This document shows, piece by piece, positions 12,112-22,703 of a stretch of DNA of 64,000 nucleotides. Made by a program: the position numbers and the translations under genes. Each line of letters opens with the position of its first letter. The first letter of the stretch is position 1. The stretch covers positions 300,826-364,825 of the forward strand of contig NW_013657644.1 in NCBI RefSeq assembly GCF_000142905.1, read 5' to 3'. The notes beneath the pieces are model-generated. The model ran no database searches and had not been told where the DNA came from. It saw only the letters and a program-made list of their open reading frames with translations. This DNA comes from Thecamonas trahens ATCC 50062. Taxonomy: Eukaryota; Protista; Apusomonadida.

Positions 12112-13059
12112 ATGTCATTCATGGTGCATGCCCGTCGGTGGGCGTTTCTGTTTGCGCAGCTTGTCTTTACGGGCGTCTTTGCCCTGGTCACCATTCCGCT
12201 TGTGGTGGTGGCCAAGGTGTACAGCTCTGTCATCAAGCCGTTCAACTGGGCGAGGCCCAACCCTAACCCTACCTCTATTCTCATTACTGGTGCATCATAT
12301 GGTCTAGGTGCTGCCTTTGCCAAGGCCTATGCTGGTCCTGGTATTCATCTGGCGCTTACGGCGAGGTCAGAGGACAAGCTGGCAGAGACTCGGGCTGCTT
12401 GCGAGGCAAAGGGTGCGACGGTCATGGTGGGTGTGGTCGATGTCACCGATCAGGAGGCCATGGCTGACTTTATCACTACTGTGGATGAAGCCGCTCCGCT
12501 GGAGCTGGTCATTGCCAATGCTGGCGTGTCGGAGCAGTCGGTGGGTCTGGCCAAGGAGCTGGAGGCCTCGACTCGTCGGCTGACCGACATCAACGTTGTG
12601 GGGGTGTACAACACGGTCTTCCCGGCCATCGACCTGATGAAGACCCGCCAGGCTGGCCAGATTGTCATCATGTCCTCGCTGGCGGGCTTTGGCGGCATGC
12701 CGGCGTCGACGGCGTACTTTACCACCAAGACGGCCATGAAGGCCTTTGGCTACGGGCTCCGCGGCCAGCTCAACAAGTACAACATCGGCGTGACCACCAT
12801 CTGCCCGGGCTTTGTCCGCTCAGAGATGACCCGCATCAACAAGTTCCCCATGCCGGGCCTTATGGACGAGGCCCCGGCCATCGCCTACATGATGGAGGGC
12901 ATTGCCGCCAACGTCTCGGTCGTCACCTTCCCGTGGCCCATGTACCTTGCGGTGTGGTACATGCAGAACATGCTGCCCGACGACGCCCGCGACATTCTCT
13001 TCATGCCCTTCCTCGCCCTCCGCAACCGCCGCAGCTCGTCGACGAACAAGTCCGACTGA
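12112..13059 (+). CDS. Short-chain dehydrogenase/reductase with N-terminal membrane anchor
   Basis: TGASYGLG (TGxxxGxG), NAGV, SSLAG, catalytic YFTTK (YxxxK), ICPGFVRS; hydrophobic N-terminal helix. ATG at 12112. Confidence 0.92.
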   Translation: MSFMVHARRWAFLFAQLVFTGVFALVTIPLVVVAKVYSSVIKPFNWARPNPNPTSILITGASYGLGAAFAKAYAGPGIHLALTARSEDKLAETRAACEAKGATVMVGVVDVTDQEAMADFITTVDEAAPLELVIANAGVSEQSVGLAKELEASTRRLTDINVVGVYNTVFPAIDLMKTRQAGQIVIMSSLAGFGGMPASTAYFTTKTAMKAFGYGLRGQLNKYNIGVTTICPGFVRSEMTRINKFPMPGLMDEAPAIAYMMEGIAANVSVVTFPWPMYLAVWYMQNMLPDDARDILFMPFLALRNRRSSSTNKSD

Positions 13060-13111
13060 GTAGCCGCAGCATGAGCGGCTGGCTGTGGGCCGTAAACGCG
13101 ATTTTGACCTG

Positions 13112-14569
13112 TCACCCACAATACGCCGCGAGGAGGTAGTCGTCGGGCGCGCGGCAGCCGACGCACGCCGCCGTCGGCGCCGGGCGCTGCGAGCCGGGCA
13201 GTGGATTGTCGACCACAACTCGCAGCTGCTCAAAGTAGTCAAAGATGCCCGAGGCCGGGAGCGCGCTCGCGGCTGTTGCGTCGTCAAGCGCCGACGTGGC
13301 GACGACAGCAAAGTCGGGCGAGGCCTGGAAGGTCTCGCGGTAGTCGTCGTCCACCGTTGCTGCCCACGACGCCATAAAGGCGTCGAGCAGAGCGTGTGGT
13401 GAACTAGCCAGCGCCCGCGGGACAAGCGCCGGGCGCGGAAAGACGCCGTCGATGGTCAGGCCGTCGACCTCGACCGCGGCATTGCCCAAATCAAACCAGA
13501 GAAGCGGCTCGCGGAGGACGGACGAGTTGAGCGCAGAAGTGAGGCCGCGGACAAGCTCCGGCTTCCACTCGCGCCCGGTCGCCTTGGCCAAGACCAGTGC
13601 CTTGCCCGAAACTTGCGCGTTGACCGCATACTTGAGGAAGACCTGGACGGTTCCGGACGGGTCGAGGAGGAGCGGAAACTTGCGCGTCTCGGCCACAACC
13701 GCCTTCATCGCCTCGCGGACGTTTGAGAGGAGGCAGACTCGGGCGTCAGGACCAAAGTGATGCGCGGCAATCAGCTCTTCGCCCGGCGGCGGCGGCAGTG
13801 CCCGCATTGCTGCCAGCCACGACCGCGCTGCGGCGCCCGGATCGAGGCCGACCTGCTCCGCCAGCGCCTCGCCAAGCTCGTAGTCGGGCGTGCCCTCAAG
13901 CAGGGTGTACACCTCACGTCCGGTCACGCCCGCTACCTCGGTGGCGGCAATCGCTCCAGCGTCTGTGCCCTTTTCAGCGAGGTACTCGGTGATCTGGCTC
14001 GTTGTCCACGAGTAGTACGAGACCGGGCGGCGCGGAGCCGACGACGAGGCTGCTGCCGGGACCTCGGTCACAAACGTTGCCGGCGGCGGCGATGGTGGCG
14101 GAGGAAGCCGAGTGAGCAGCGCCGGCCGGAGCATGGAGCCATGGCCGGCCTCGCATTCGAAGTACCGCACGCCCTTGACGACGCCATCGTGCGATCCGTC
14201 CGGTGTATCCCACGCGATTCCGATCCACACCCCTGGCGCAAACTGAGTCTTTCCCCGGAACATAACTTTGCCGCACACATCGCCTGCATCAGCGCGGGCG
14301 ACGAGGTCTCCTACAGCCAGTCGAGTGCCGTGTTTGATCTTGCCCGCCGCCGACGCCGATTTGATCTTGCCCGCCGCCATCGCCGACTTGGTCTTGCCTG
14401 CGGCTGACACTGACTTGGTCTTGCCCGCCATCGCCGACTTGGTCTTGCCCGCCATCGCCGACCGACCCCGTCCGCCTCTTCCTCTCCCCCTTCCCCTCCC
14501 CCTCCCCCTCCCCCTCCCCCTCCTTCTCCCTCCCCTTGCCCTCGCCTTCCCAGATTGAGGCAGCACCAT
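13112..14569 (-). CDS. CAP-Gly domain protein with a SAM-like segment and an IQANK1/dynein-AAA-like C-terminal domain
   Basis: CAP-Gly: GKVMFRGKTQFAPGVWIGIAWDTPDGSHDGVVKGVRYFEC. N-terminal GR repeat and (SAMAGKTK)n. C-terminal FPLLLDPSG...FLKY. Confidence 0.8.
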   Translation of the reverse strand: MVLPQSGKARARGGRRRGRGRGRGRGRGRGRGGRGRSAMAGKTKSAMAGKTKSVSAAGKTKSAMAAGKIKSASAAGKIKHGTRLAVGDLVARADAGDVCGKVMFRGKTQFAPGVWIGIAWDTPDGSHDGVVKGVRYFECEAGHGSMLRPALLTRLPPPPSPPPATFVTEVPAAASSSAPRRPVSYYSWTTSQITEYLAEKGTDAGAIAATEVAGVTGREVYTLLEGTPDYELGEALAEQVGLDPGAAARSWLAAMRALPPPPGEELIAAHHFGPDARVCLLSNVREAMKAVVAETRKFPLLLDPSGTVQVFLKYAVNAQVSGKALVLAKATGREWKPELVRGLTSALNSSVLREPLLWFDLGNAAVEVDGLTIDGVFPRPALVPRALASSPHALLDAFMASWAATVDDDYRETFQASPDFAVVATSALDDATAASALPASGIFDYFEQLRVVVDNPLPGSQRPAPTAACVGCRAPDDYLLAAYCG

Positions 14570-14679
14570 GCCTGTATATGAGACAGGTGATGACGATGAC
14601 GGCAGAGGCCATCAAGTCATAGCAGCCTGACGCCACCGCCAGCCAACCTCACCTCGCACCCGACCACACCACACACACA

Positions 14680-14714
14680 GATACAGATACAGATACAGAT
14701 ACAGATACAGATAC
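14680..14714. repeat. (GATACA)n hexamer repeat in the divergent promoter
   Basis: About 6 tandem GATACA units between the CAP-Gly and SRRM1 starts. Confidence 0.85.
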
Positions 14715-14761
14715 CCACTTGACTTTTGAATTTGTTCACAGACGGGTGCAAGTGGGTGTAC

Positions 14762-16016
14762 ATGGCATTTCGAGTATGTGGTGTGTGTGAGGGGGGGGGG
14801 GGGGGGGAAAAAGGGGAGGGGTGATGGTGATGGTATTGGTACAGGCGATGGTGATGGAGAGGGGGGGGGGGACACGGATCACAGCTGATGGTGGAGCATG
14901 ACTCATGGTGTACACGTGGGATGGGTTTGGGTGGGGTGTGGGGGATAGGGGACGAGTCTGGCACAGGATGCGCGGTTTGGGGACGTGAACAAGGCGCTGA
15001 TGGAGGAGGTGGCCTTTGCTGAGGCGTTGAAGAAGCCGGTGGACATGACCAAGGTCAGCTTGGCTACCCTCCGGCCTTGGCTGAAGGAAAAGTTGACGGC
15101 CATTCTGGGTGTTCATGATGACATTCTGGAGGGAATGGTGTTCAACATGCTCAAGGCCGAGGGCAAGAACAAGAAGCTTGATGGTCGCAAGCTACAGATC
15201 GATCTCACTCCGTTTCTGGGTTCTGCTACGCCGCCGTTTGTGGAGGAGCTCCATGCGCTGATGGCCTCGTCTGCTGAGCACCCGCTGGGCATTCCCAAGC
15301 AGTTTATCGCACGAATTGAGAAGAAGATGGAAAACGTGGCTCGTGAGGAGGCCCGTGTCCGGGAGGGTATCGAGGCTGCGCGGCAGCGCGGGCTGGCGGC
15401 CGCTGCAAGCCGCCCACCTGCGGCTGCGTCTGGAGCGGCACCGCCTGCACGCGGCGGCTCCGACCGTGGGTATGATCAGCAATCCCGTGATCGTGGACGC
15501 GGCGACCGCGGGTACAATCGCGGGTACGGTCGCGGGTACGATCGCGGGTACGATCGCGGGCACGGCGACCGAGGCTACGACCGCGGGTACCGCGACCGAG
15601 GGTATGACCGTGGGTATCGCGACCGAGGCTACGACCGCGGTGACAGGGGGTACGACCGAGACCGGGCGGGCGGAAGGGGCGATCGTTATGGTGACTGGCA
15701 CCGCGATCGCGATTACGATCGGGGTGGCGACCGCGGTGGCGACCGCCACAGCGGCGACAGACGGCCACGATTGCGGTCGCGATCGCGTAGCCGTGAGCGC
15801 CGGGGCTCCGGCAGCGGGTCTGGTAGTGGCGACGTCGGCGGGCGGCGGCGGCGGCGGCGGAAGCACCGGCGGCGGCGGCGGCGTCGCGAGCAGGGCGAGT
15901 CGGACGACGATGGGAGTGCAAGCGGGCGGCGCGGTGGTGGGGAGGACAATGCCGCGGTAGAGGATGGAGCAAGTGGGCCAGCTGCCCCACAGCCACCGGC
16001 ACCTGCAGCCGAGTGA
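14762..16016 (+). CDS. SRRM1: PWI-domain splicing factor SRm160/SRRM1-like
   Basis: join(14762..14773,14949..16016). Splicing gives MAFR|GTSLAQDARF...VDMTKVSLATLRPWLKEKLTAILGVHDD, matching the SRRM1 N-terminus (FFRGTSAEQDNRF...VDMSKVNL). RGYD repeats and an RS tract follow. Confidence 0.88.
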
Positions 16017-16053
16017 GAGCTGGAGAACAAAGCAGTTTAGCAGGGGCTCGACA

Positions 16054-16952
16054 TCATGCCATCTCAGAGTAGCCATCACCGGAGACCTTACTCCGGATGG
16101 TGTGGTAGGTGAACTTGCAGCCGTCGGCGATTAGACCCGGCAGAGAGGCCCAGAAAGCGCGGTTTGGCAACATCTCGAGGCCGCGGGCTTCCTTGAAGCG
16201 GAAGCGGTAGGCCATGCCGGCGCCGAGGTAAACGACGACAAGGACGAGCGAGACGATGAGGAGGATGGAGCCGAGCGAGAGGCCGCCCTTGTTTTCTGCT
16301 CCGCTCGGGACCGGACGAAGACACGCATGCGATGTCGCCCACTCAAACTCAATAACGCACGATCCCTCGGTGAGGTAGCGGAGTGAGCCGGTACCGCCTT
16401 GTGACTTGTCACAGACAAAGGTGATCTTTGTAGAATACAGTTTGCTGCCCGAGCAAGTATCACCACCGCTGTACGAGATGACGATCTGATCATTGACCAA
16501 CTCTGTTGTTGCCGAAGAGATTTTTCCCAAAGACTGAGCAATGCCCAACCGATCATACTCTTGACAACCTCCATCCAAAGAGCCCTTGCACGACGAGGTG
16601 ACCTCTTCACACAGCGCCACCTTGTACACAAACGACGCGTCCACCGTCGACACCGTGTTCCTGCACACATACACACACATACATCACAAACACCACATAC
16701 ATACATCCATCCATCCATCCATGAGTCTCTCAGTAAGCTCTGTGTGTCTGTGTGGGTGGACGTGTCCCCCCTCCCTCCCCCCCCTCCCCCTCCCCCTCGG
16801 TGTGTGACATACCCTTGAAGCGGACGCAGGTCAGCCGTCTTCCCCCCTCCCACGAAAAGGGCATTGCAGTCTGCAGAGACAGTAGGCAGAGTGCTGGCCA
16901 TGACAAAGAGAAAGACAAGGAAGAGGAAGACAACAACAGAGAATGGTCTCAT
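16054..16952 (-). CDS. Cation-dependent mannose-6-phosphate receptor / ATG27-like type I membrane protein
   Basis: join complement(16054..16660,16813..16952); alternative ATG at 16973. Signal peptide, MRH domain (YSGGDTC...ITFVCD...CVIEFEWATSHAC), TM (GSILLIVSLVLVVVYLGAGMAY), tail LPNRAFWASLPGLIADGCKF and terminal YSEM. Confidence 0.85.
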
Positions 16953-17436
16953 GTTCACACCTCTGCATCCCATCTCTGCTCGCGCTGCTGTGCCTGTCTC
17001 ACGCCTGTGGTGAGTGCCGGTGAGTGCGGTGGCTGGCTGTGGCGGGAGTGCGGTGGCTGGCAGGTGGCGGTGGCAGGTGGCCAGTGTGTGTAGCACGCCG
17101 ACTACACGAAGCGTGTCAGCCAGTTGGCGGCAAGTCTGTGTGGCAAAGCTCGTGCTTGTAATCGTGTTTGACGTCTTTGTCATGCTCGGGAGGTCGATCA
17201 TCTAGCTCGGACAGGCGGACGATGAGGTGATGATGACGATGGGCCACGAGTGCCAGTCACTGCGCTGGCAGCCAAGCACACACTGCACAGGCGGACGGTG
17301 CTGCGCGCGATGAGCGGTGGGCCCACGGAAGATTTAACAGTTAGCAATGTGCTGGCTTACCAATCTTGCCTTCTGGTTGGGGGTCGGTGGGCTTGGTGGA
17401 CGGATCGGAGCGGCACGAGACGGCGAGGTTGGAGGC

Positions 17437-18572
17437 CTAGGATGGACGCGGCTGGCGCGAGGAGGCAAAGAAAGAGAGACCAAGGACGATGGCAAGGACG
17501 GCGACGCCGGCTCCTATGATGGGGATGCGGGCAGCGGGGAAGGGAGTCAAGGACTGGTGCCGCGATGAGCGTGCAGATGATCCGGACGAGGAGCCAGCGG
17601 CCGACGGGAGGCGCTTGAGGAGGGTGGGTGGCGAGGGAGGGGCGGGGCGAGCGGCGAGCGGCGCGGCGCGGACGGTGACGTCCTGTAGGACGAACGAGAC
17701 GTACGGCTCGGCGAGGTCAAGCTGGAAGACCGAGGCGCCCCGGCTCCGTAGAAACGGCCATCGAGGAGCTCGAGGAGGGCGCGGAGGTCGGCCAACGAGG
17801 CAGATTCGAGCGAGCGGTGGGACGAGGGCGGTGCGAGCGAGGAGGTGATGGAAGTGAGGTGGCTAGCGATGGCGGCGTGGGCCGAGTCCTCGAGCTCGTC
17901 GATGGAGGAGACGGCGACGCCGAGCTCGCGCGGCGCGGCTGCGCAGTGCAGCCGGAGCGCAGCGCGCGGGAGCGAGCCGCTAAACTCGGGGTGCGGCTCG
18001 AAGGAGCCGTGGTCGATGACGGCGTGGACGATGGCAAGGGCAAAGTCATGTGCGGAGCGGGCGGCGATGTGTGCATCGACGCGGACGACGCCGGCCTGCG
18101 GTTCGAGCGCAGGCAGGGCGCAAGTAAAGGGCTCCAGGACACCGGCCGGACCGCGGAGATCAAGCGGCGAGAAGACAGCGGCGCCCGTAGCAACGGTAGC
18201 CAATGCAGCAAAGAAGGCAGGAAGCGCCACTGAGCCGACAGGAACCACGTGATCAAAGTCTAGCGCATCGAGCGAGGCCACGACCGAGTACACATCATGC
18301 GGAGCGATAGCAGTTGGCCAATCAGGGACAGCACGAAGATCTGGAAAGATGAGATGAAGCAGAGATGGATAGGCAGATGGCGTAGAGAGGCCAACGAGTA
18401 GAAGAGCATCAGGTTGAGCAGCGAGAAGCGGAGCCACATCAGGTGGCAATGCCGTTGTATCCGCCGTGGCAAAGGAGACCGCCACCGCCGCATTCACTCT
18501 CTCCAGCCCTCCCAGCCGAGTGGTGGAGGACGGCGACGGTGCCGACGAGCAAAAGTAGACAGAAACAGACAT
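17437..18572 (-). CDS. Hypothetical tail-anchored membrane protein (weakly ODR4-like), with an apparent frameshift near 17740
   Basis: Coding-like ORF from 18572. Shifting -1 at the G4 run (17738-17741) continues as GASVFQLDLAEPYVSFVLQDV...RIPIIGAGVAVLAIVLGLSFFASSRQPRPS* (stop 17437-17439), a C-terminal TM. Confidence 0.6.
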
Positions 18573-19213
18573 GGTACCCGTGGAAGGGGATGGAGATGGA
18601 GATGGGGATGGGGGTCGTGGTCGTGGTCGTGGTGGTCGTGGTGGTCGTGGTGGTCGTGGTGGTCGTGGTGGTCGTGGTGGTCGTGGTGGTGGGGTGGTGG
18701 CTGTGACCGTGGAGTAGCGAGCCTGCCTGGCGCGTCATGGCGCGAATCGGGTTTGTTGGCCAAGACGGACACACGCCTGACACCTGCCGCTTTGCCGTCT
18801 GGCGCAAGGTGCGGGTGCAGTGGATGGATGATGGGGCGTGGATGGTGGGCGATGGTTGTGCTGATGATGATTGCGGCAGATTGGGGGAGGGGTGGGAGGG
18901 GGGGAGGGGGGGGGGGGGGGGGGGGGGGGGGAGGGAGGAGGAGGGGTACAGATGGATGATGCGCAGTGACTCTATGTGGTGAGGTGTGAGTACAGATGGA
19001 AGATGAGCCCTGGCATCAGTGCCCGCCCCGCATCGGCCGCTGTGTGGATCGTCGGCAGGTCGTCTGCCGCCACCGCCACCGCCACCGCCACCGCCACCGC
19101 CACCGCCTCCGTCACCGCCACCGCCACACACACACCCTTCCACCACCACCACGAGCTTAGCCACAAGGGCTACACTTGTCGCACCACGAGATAGAGAGAG
19201 AAACCAAAGGTGC

Positions 19214-20348
19214 ATGGCCTCAACAACAGCAGGTGTCGGTGGTGACGGTGCTGTGGACGGCAGTGGCCAGAAACATGAGCAGAAGCCTGTGGGTGCGGTG
19301 GAGGAGGTGGTTGTGTCCGAGGAAGCCGGCAAGGGCGGGAAGGTCAAGAGGGATCCGTTCAGGAGTACGTGATTCTGGGGAGGGGAGGAGGGGGAGGGGG
19401 AGGGGGGGGGGGGGGGGCACCACTCATGGATTGGTGATGCGATGTGGTGTGGTGCAATGCGATGTGGTGTGGTGCAATGCGATGTGGTGTGGTGCAATGC
19501 GATGTGGTGTGGTGCAATGCGATGTGGTGTGGTGCGATGCGATGTGGTGTGGTGCGATGCGATCGGACATGGATGTGTGGCTGTGGCTGTGGCTGTGACT
19601 CTCTGGTTTCTTGGACGTGATCGTATTGCTGGCTGCGGTTGCGTGATTGGGATGCGGCGGCTGGCTGCGGTTGCGTGACTGGGATGCGGAGATAGATGTG
19701 GAGGCGGTGCAAAAGGCCTGGATCCTGGAGCAGTTTGTGCTGGAGGATGACGAGCGTGTGTGGCTGGTCCTGCGCCCGACGCTCAGCTGGTATTACTACG
19801 CGCTGGCGGTGGTATGGTACCTGGTCGGTGTGAGTGCCATTGCGCTGATTGCTCTTTTTATCCTTGCCTTTCCTACCGTCCTGCCGTTTGGCCTCGCGGC
19901 GTACGCCGACCGGCGGACGATCTTTGGCGCTGCGGCGCTGCTCATTGTGCGGCTGACATCGTCACGTGTGAGCAAGCACCTGCAGGCCGCACATATGGTC
20001 TACGTCTTTACCAACATTCGCATGGGCTTTGTCTACTGGCGCGATGGCCCGCCGGACTCGTTTGCCACTGTCCGCTACGACTCCATCTCGGGCCTGCGCG
20101 CCTCGTTTGATGCCGCCCGCTTCGGCTCGGTCACCATCAACGAGGTTGTCTGTCTCAAGACCGCGGCTGAAATGACCAAGCTCGCCGCCGCTGCCGGCTC
20201 GCCGCCGCGCACCGAAGCCGACGCCGAGTACGGCATGTACGGCGTCGTCAAGCACACCATCGCCAACATCCCCGAGGCTGACGACATGGCCCGTGTCCTC
20301 CGGCGGCTAGTCCACGAGCAGAAGGAGCCGCGTAACAAACTCGAGTGA
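19214..20348 (+). CDS. Membrane protein with a bacterial-type PH (bPH_2/YdbS-like) domain
   Basis: join(19214..19364,19696..20348); donor GTACGT, acceptor GATAG, in frame. Pattern LEDDERVWLVLRP-TM-TM-YVFTNIR...VRYDSI...FGSVTI...IANIPEADDMARVL. Confidence 0.7.
19437..19562. repeat. 20-bp minisatellite (GATGTGGTGTGGTGCAATGC) x~6 inside an intron
   Basis: Direct tandem units, visible in register in the sequence lines. Confidence 0.9.
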
Positions 20349-20402
20349 GTGAGTGCCACCTTATGCATAGCAGAAGCAGATGGATCACGCGCCTTGAGCA
20401 CG

Positions 20403-20413
20403 GGCATGGGCAC

Positions 20414-20462
<49 letters not shown>

Positions 20463-20464
20463 GG
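20403..20464. repeat. (GGGCAT)n hexamer repeat
   Basis: About 10 tandem units. Confidence 0.9.
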
Positions 20465-20903
20465 TGTTCGTGCATGATGCAGACACGGCAGACTGCTGCA
20501 GTTGATCGTCGTGGTTTTCGTCAATGATTAAAAAAGTTGTGTGCTCGCTTCGTCCCGGACACCCCATCCGAGGGCGTAACTCCTCGTCGGTACAGGATAG
20601 CGGCAAGCAATGGTGCGAGGTCTTCGAGGTCTCCACCGGCTTGGTTTCCCAATTGTTCTTGGACTCGGGAACGCCCGCTGCTCATGGTGTTTCGAGAGTG
20701 GGAGATGATGAGTCCATTTGATTATGTTCAACCGTACAAAAGCACGCCGCGTCAGCGCCTCACATGTCAGAATATTTTACCGCCTGCCTCACCACTGGCC
20801 AAATGGGTTTGGCCCGCCGCTGGCAGTTTGCCCGCCTCAAGCTCAATGGGTTGTTCTCGCCTGTGTTGCGAGGTCAAATACACGTGGAGGCGTTGCGAAC
20901 GCG

Positions 20904-21334
20904 TTTACCCTTTACGGTACGGAATGGACAGTTTTGTCCATCGCGCAAGCCGCGCTGCGCGACGCTCCGCATACGTCGCAATGTCAATCAATCGTGGTGT
21001 AAGAGTAGCACATTGTGTTAATGGCTGCCACAACAGAAAACAGTCGGCGATGCAGAGATGGACGCCGCAAGCGGCGCACAAGGTCTGCGGCCGCGATCGC
21101 TTACCATGAGGCTTCCGGCAGGCGAGGCAGGCGCGTCGCAGAGCGGCTTGCTGGGGAAAGTGGTGATGACGAGCAGCTGCTGCAGAGGTGCGCTTTCTTG
21201 GCGAGAACGCCGGCGCAGAGGCGCGCTCGAGTAGTACGAGTCCATGACAAACGTCTGCGGCGAGGCCACGGGCGCGACGAGAGCGAGCACGGTGTCGGCG
21301 AGTCGAGCCGCGGCCGGCCGCGTCTCGAGCGTAC

Positions 21335-21335
<1 letters not shown>
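20904..21335 (-). mobile_element. Degenerate, internally deleted piggyBac-type DNA transposon relic
   Basis: Minus-strand fragments FVMDSYYSSAPL (piggyBac DN(F/Y)YTS catalytic-Asp motif) and RRACLACRKPHGKRSRPQTLCAACGVHLCIADCFLLW (piggyBac C-terminal Cys-rich domain). Terminus TTTA|CCCTTTACGGTACGG at 20904-20922 resembles TTAA|CCCTT. Subterminal palindrome ATGGACA-GTTT-TGTCCAT. Confidence 0.72.

Positions 21336-21336
<1 letters not shown>

Positions 21337-21380
<44 letters not shown>
21337..21380. repeat. (TG)n microsatellite
   Basis: About 22 TG units between the piggyBac relic and the PMS2 stop. Confidence 0.95.
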
Positions 21381-21381
<1 letters not shown>

Positions 21382-21405
21382 CATCGGCTGCAGAACCAAT
21401 CGCAA

Positions 21406-22652
21406 TCACTCTTGCGAGGCACGCAATGCTGCAAGGTCGATCATGTGCCGGAACGTCGGTCGGCCGTGCGGGCATGCCCACGGGTTCTCCATCCCGGTCA
21501 TGTGCGCGAGGAGGGTGGTCATCTGCGGCCGCGAGAGCGCCGTGCCGATCATGACCGACGACCGGCACGCCCGCGAGGCAAACATGGCTAGGACCCGCGA
21601 CGGCCGGACAACGCCGACCGGCGAGTCGCGGAGCAGCGCAATCATCTCGTAGATGTCATCGATGCCAAACTCGGTGCTCTTCGAAAACGGATATGCGGTG
21701 AGCGCCAGCCGCTTCCGCGGGGGAGCTGCGGCGCCCGGCCCGGCCTCGTCGTCGAGCACGATCGCTGTCTCGGCCGTCGCGCCCGCCGCCGTCCCGCCCG
21801 GCGCCACAAGCTCAAAGTCAAAGCCGGACTTGCGGAAGACCTCGATGTGCTCCAGCACAATGTCCTCCTCGCCGGCTGTGAGGCCCAAGATCTTGGGCGC
21901 AATCAGCCGCTGCTTCTTGATCACCGTCTCGGCCTGCAACCGCTCATAGTTGTACTTTTCGTCGGTCGCGTGCTGGTCCACGACAAAGAGGTCGTCGTCG
22001 AGGGCGGCGATGATGAACCCGAGGTTGAACTGCCCGATCACCCGCATCTTTGCAAAGTCGTCCTTGGCAAACACCCGCCTCAGCTCCGCCGCTGCCTCTG
22101 TGTCCTGCGTCACGCCGATCCGCGCCGTGAACCGCGGCCGTGACCCGCCATCGAGACCCTTGCTCCGCTTCGGCGCCCCTTCGTCGCTGCTCTCGTCGCC
22201 GTCACTCTCCCGCTCGCGCTTGCCGCCACTGGATCCCTCCTTCACAGCCGGTCGCCGGAACACGTCGAGATCGGCGCCGGCCTCCACCGTCACATTGGGT
22301 GCGTTGAGATACCGCGCCGGCGGCTCTGGCGCGGTTTCAGGTGCGGGCGCGTCGACAAAGTACCTCACGCCGTTGATGAGCACGCTGTTGATTGCCGCAA
22401 GCCCGTCGCGCCCACAAAGTCTGTGTCCTGGCTGCTTCCTTCGCAGCAGTGACCATCATCGCTGTCAAGGCTGACCTCGCTAGCAGCCGGCGCCTCGCTC
22501 CCTGGCGGGCAGGCGAGGCTTGGCATCTCTGGGACAGGCGATCCATGTGGCGAAAGACGTGGTGAAGGAGCCGTCGATGCATGTGCCACGGGATCGACCT
22601 CGCTTCCGCCTGCCTCGCACGACGTCGCGTCGGCTGCACTGTCGCTGGATGT

Positions 22653-22703
<51 letters not shown>

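Noticed and set aside
19437-19562. Regular 20-bp repeats as a CRISPR array
   Set aside because: The units are head-to-tail with no unique spacers, lie in a eukaryotic intron, and no cas genes are present.
20706-20800. C/D-box snoRNA (ATGATGA box C)
   Set aside because: No appropriately placed CTGA box D or terminal stem was found.
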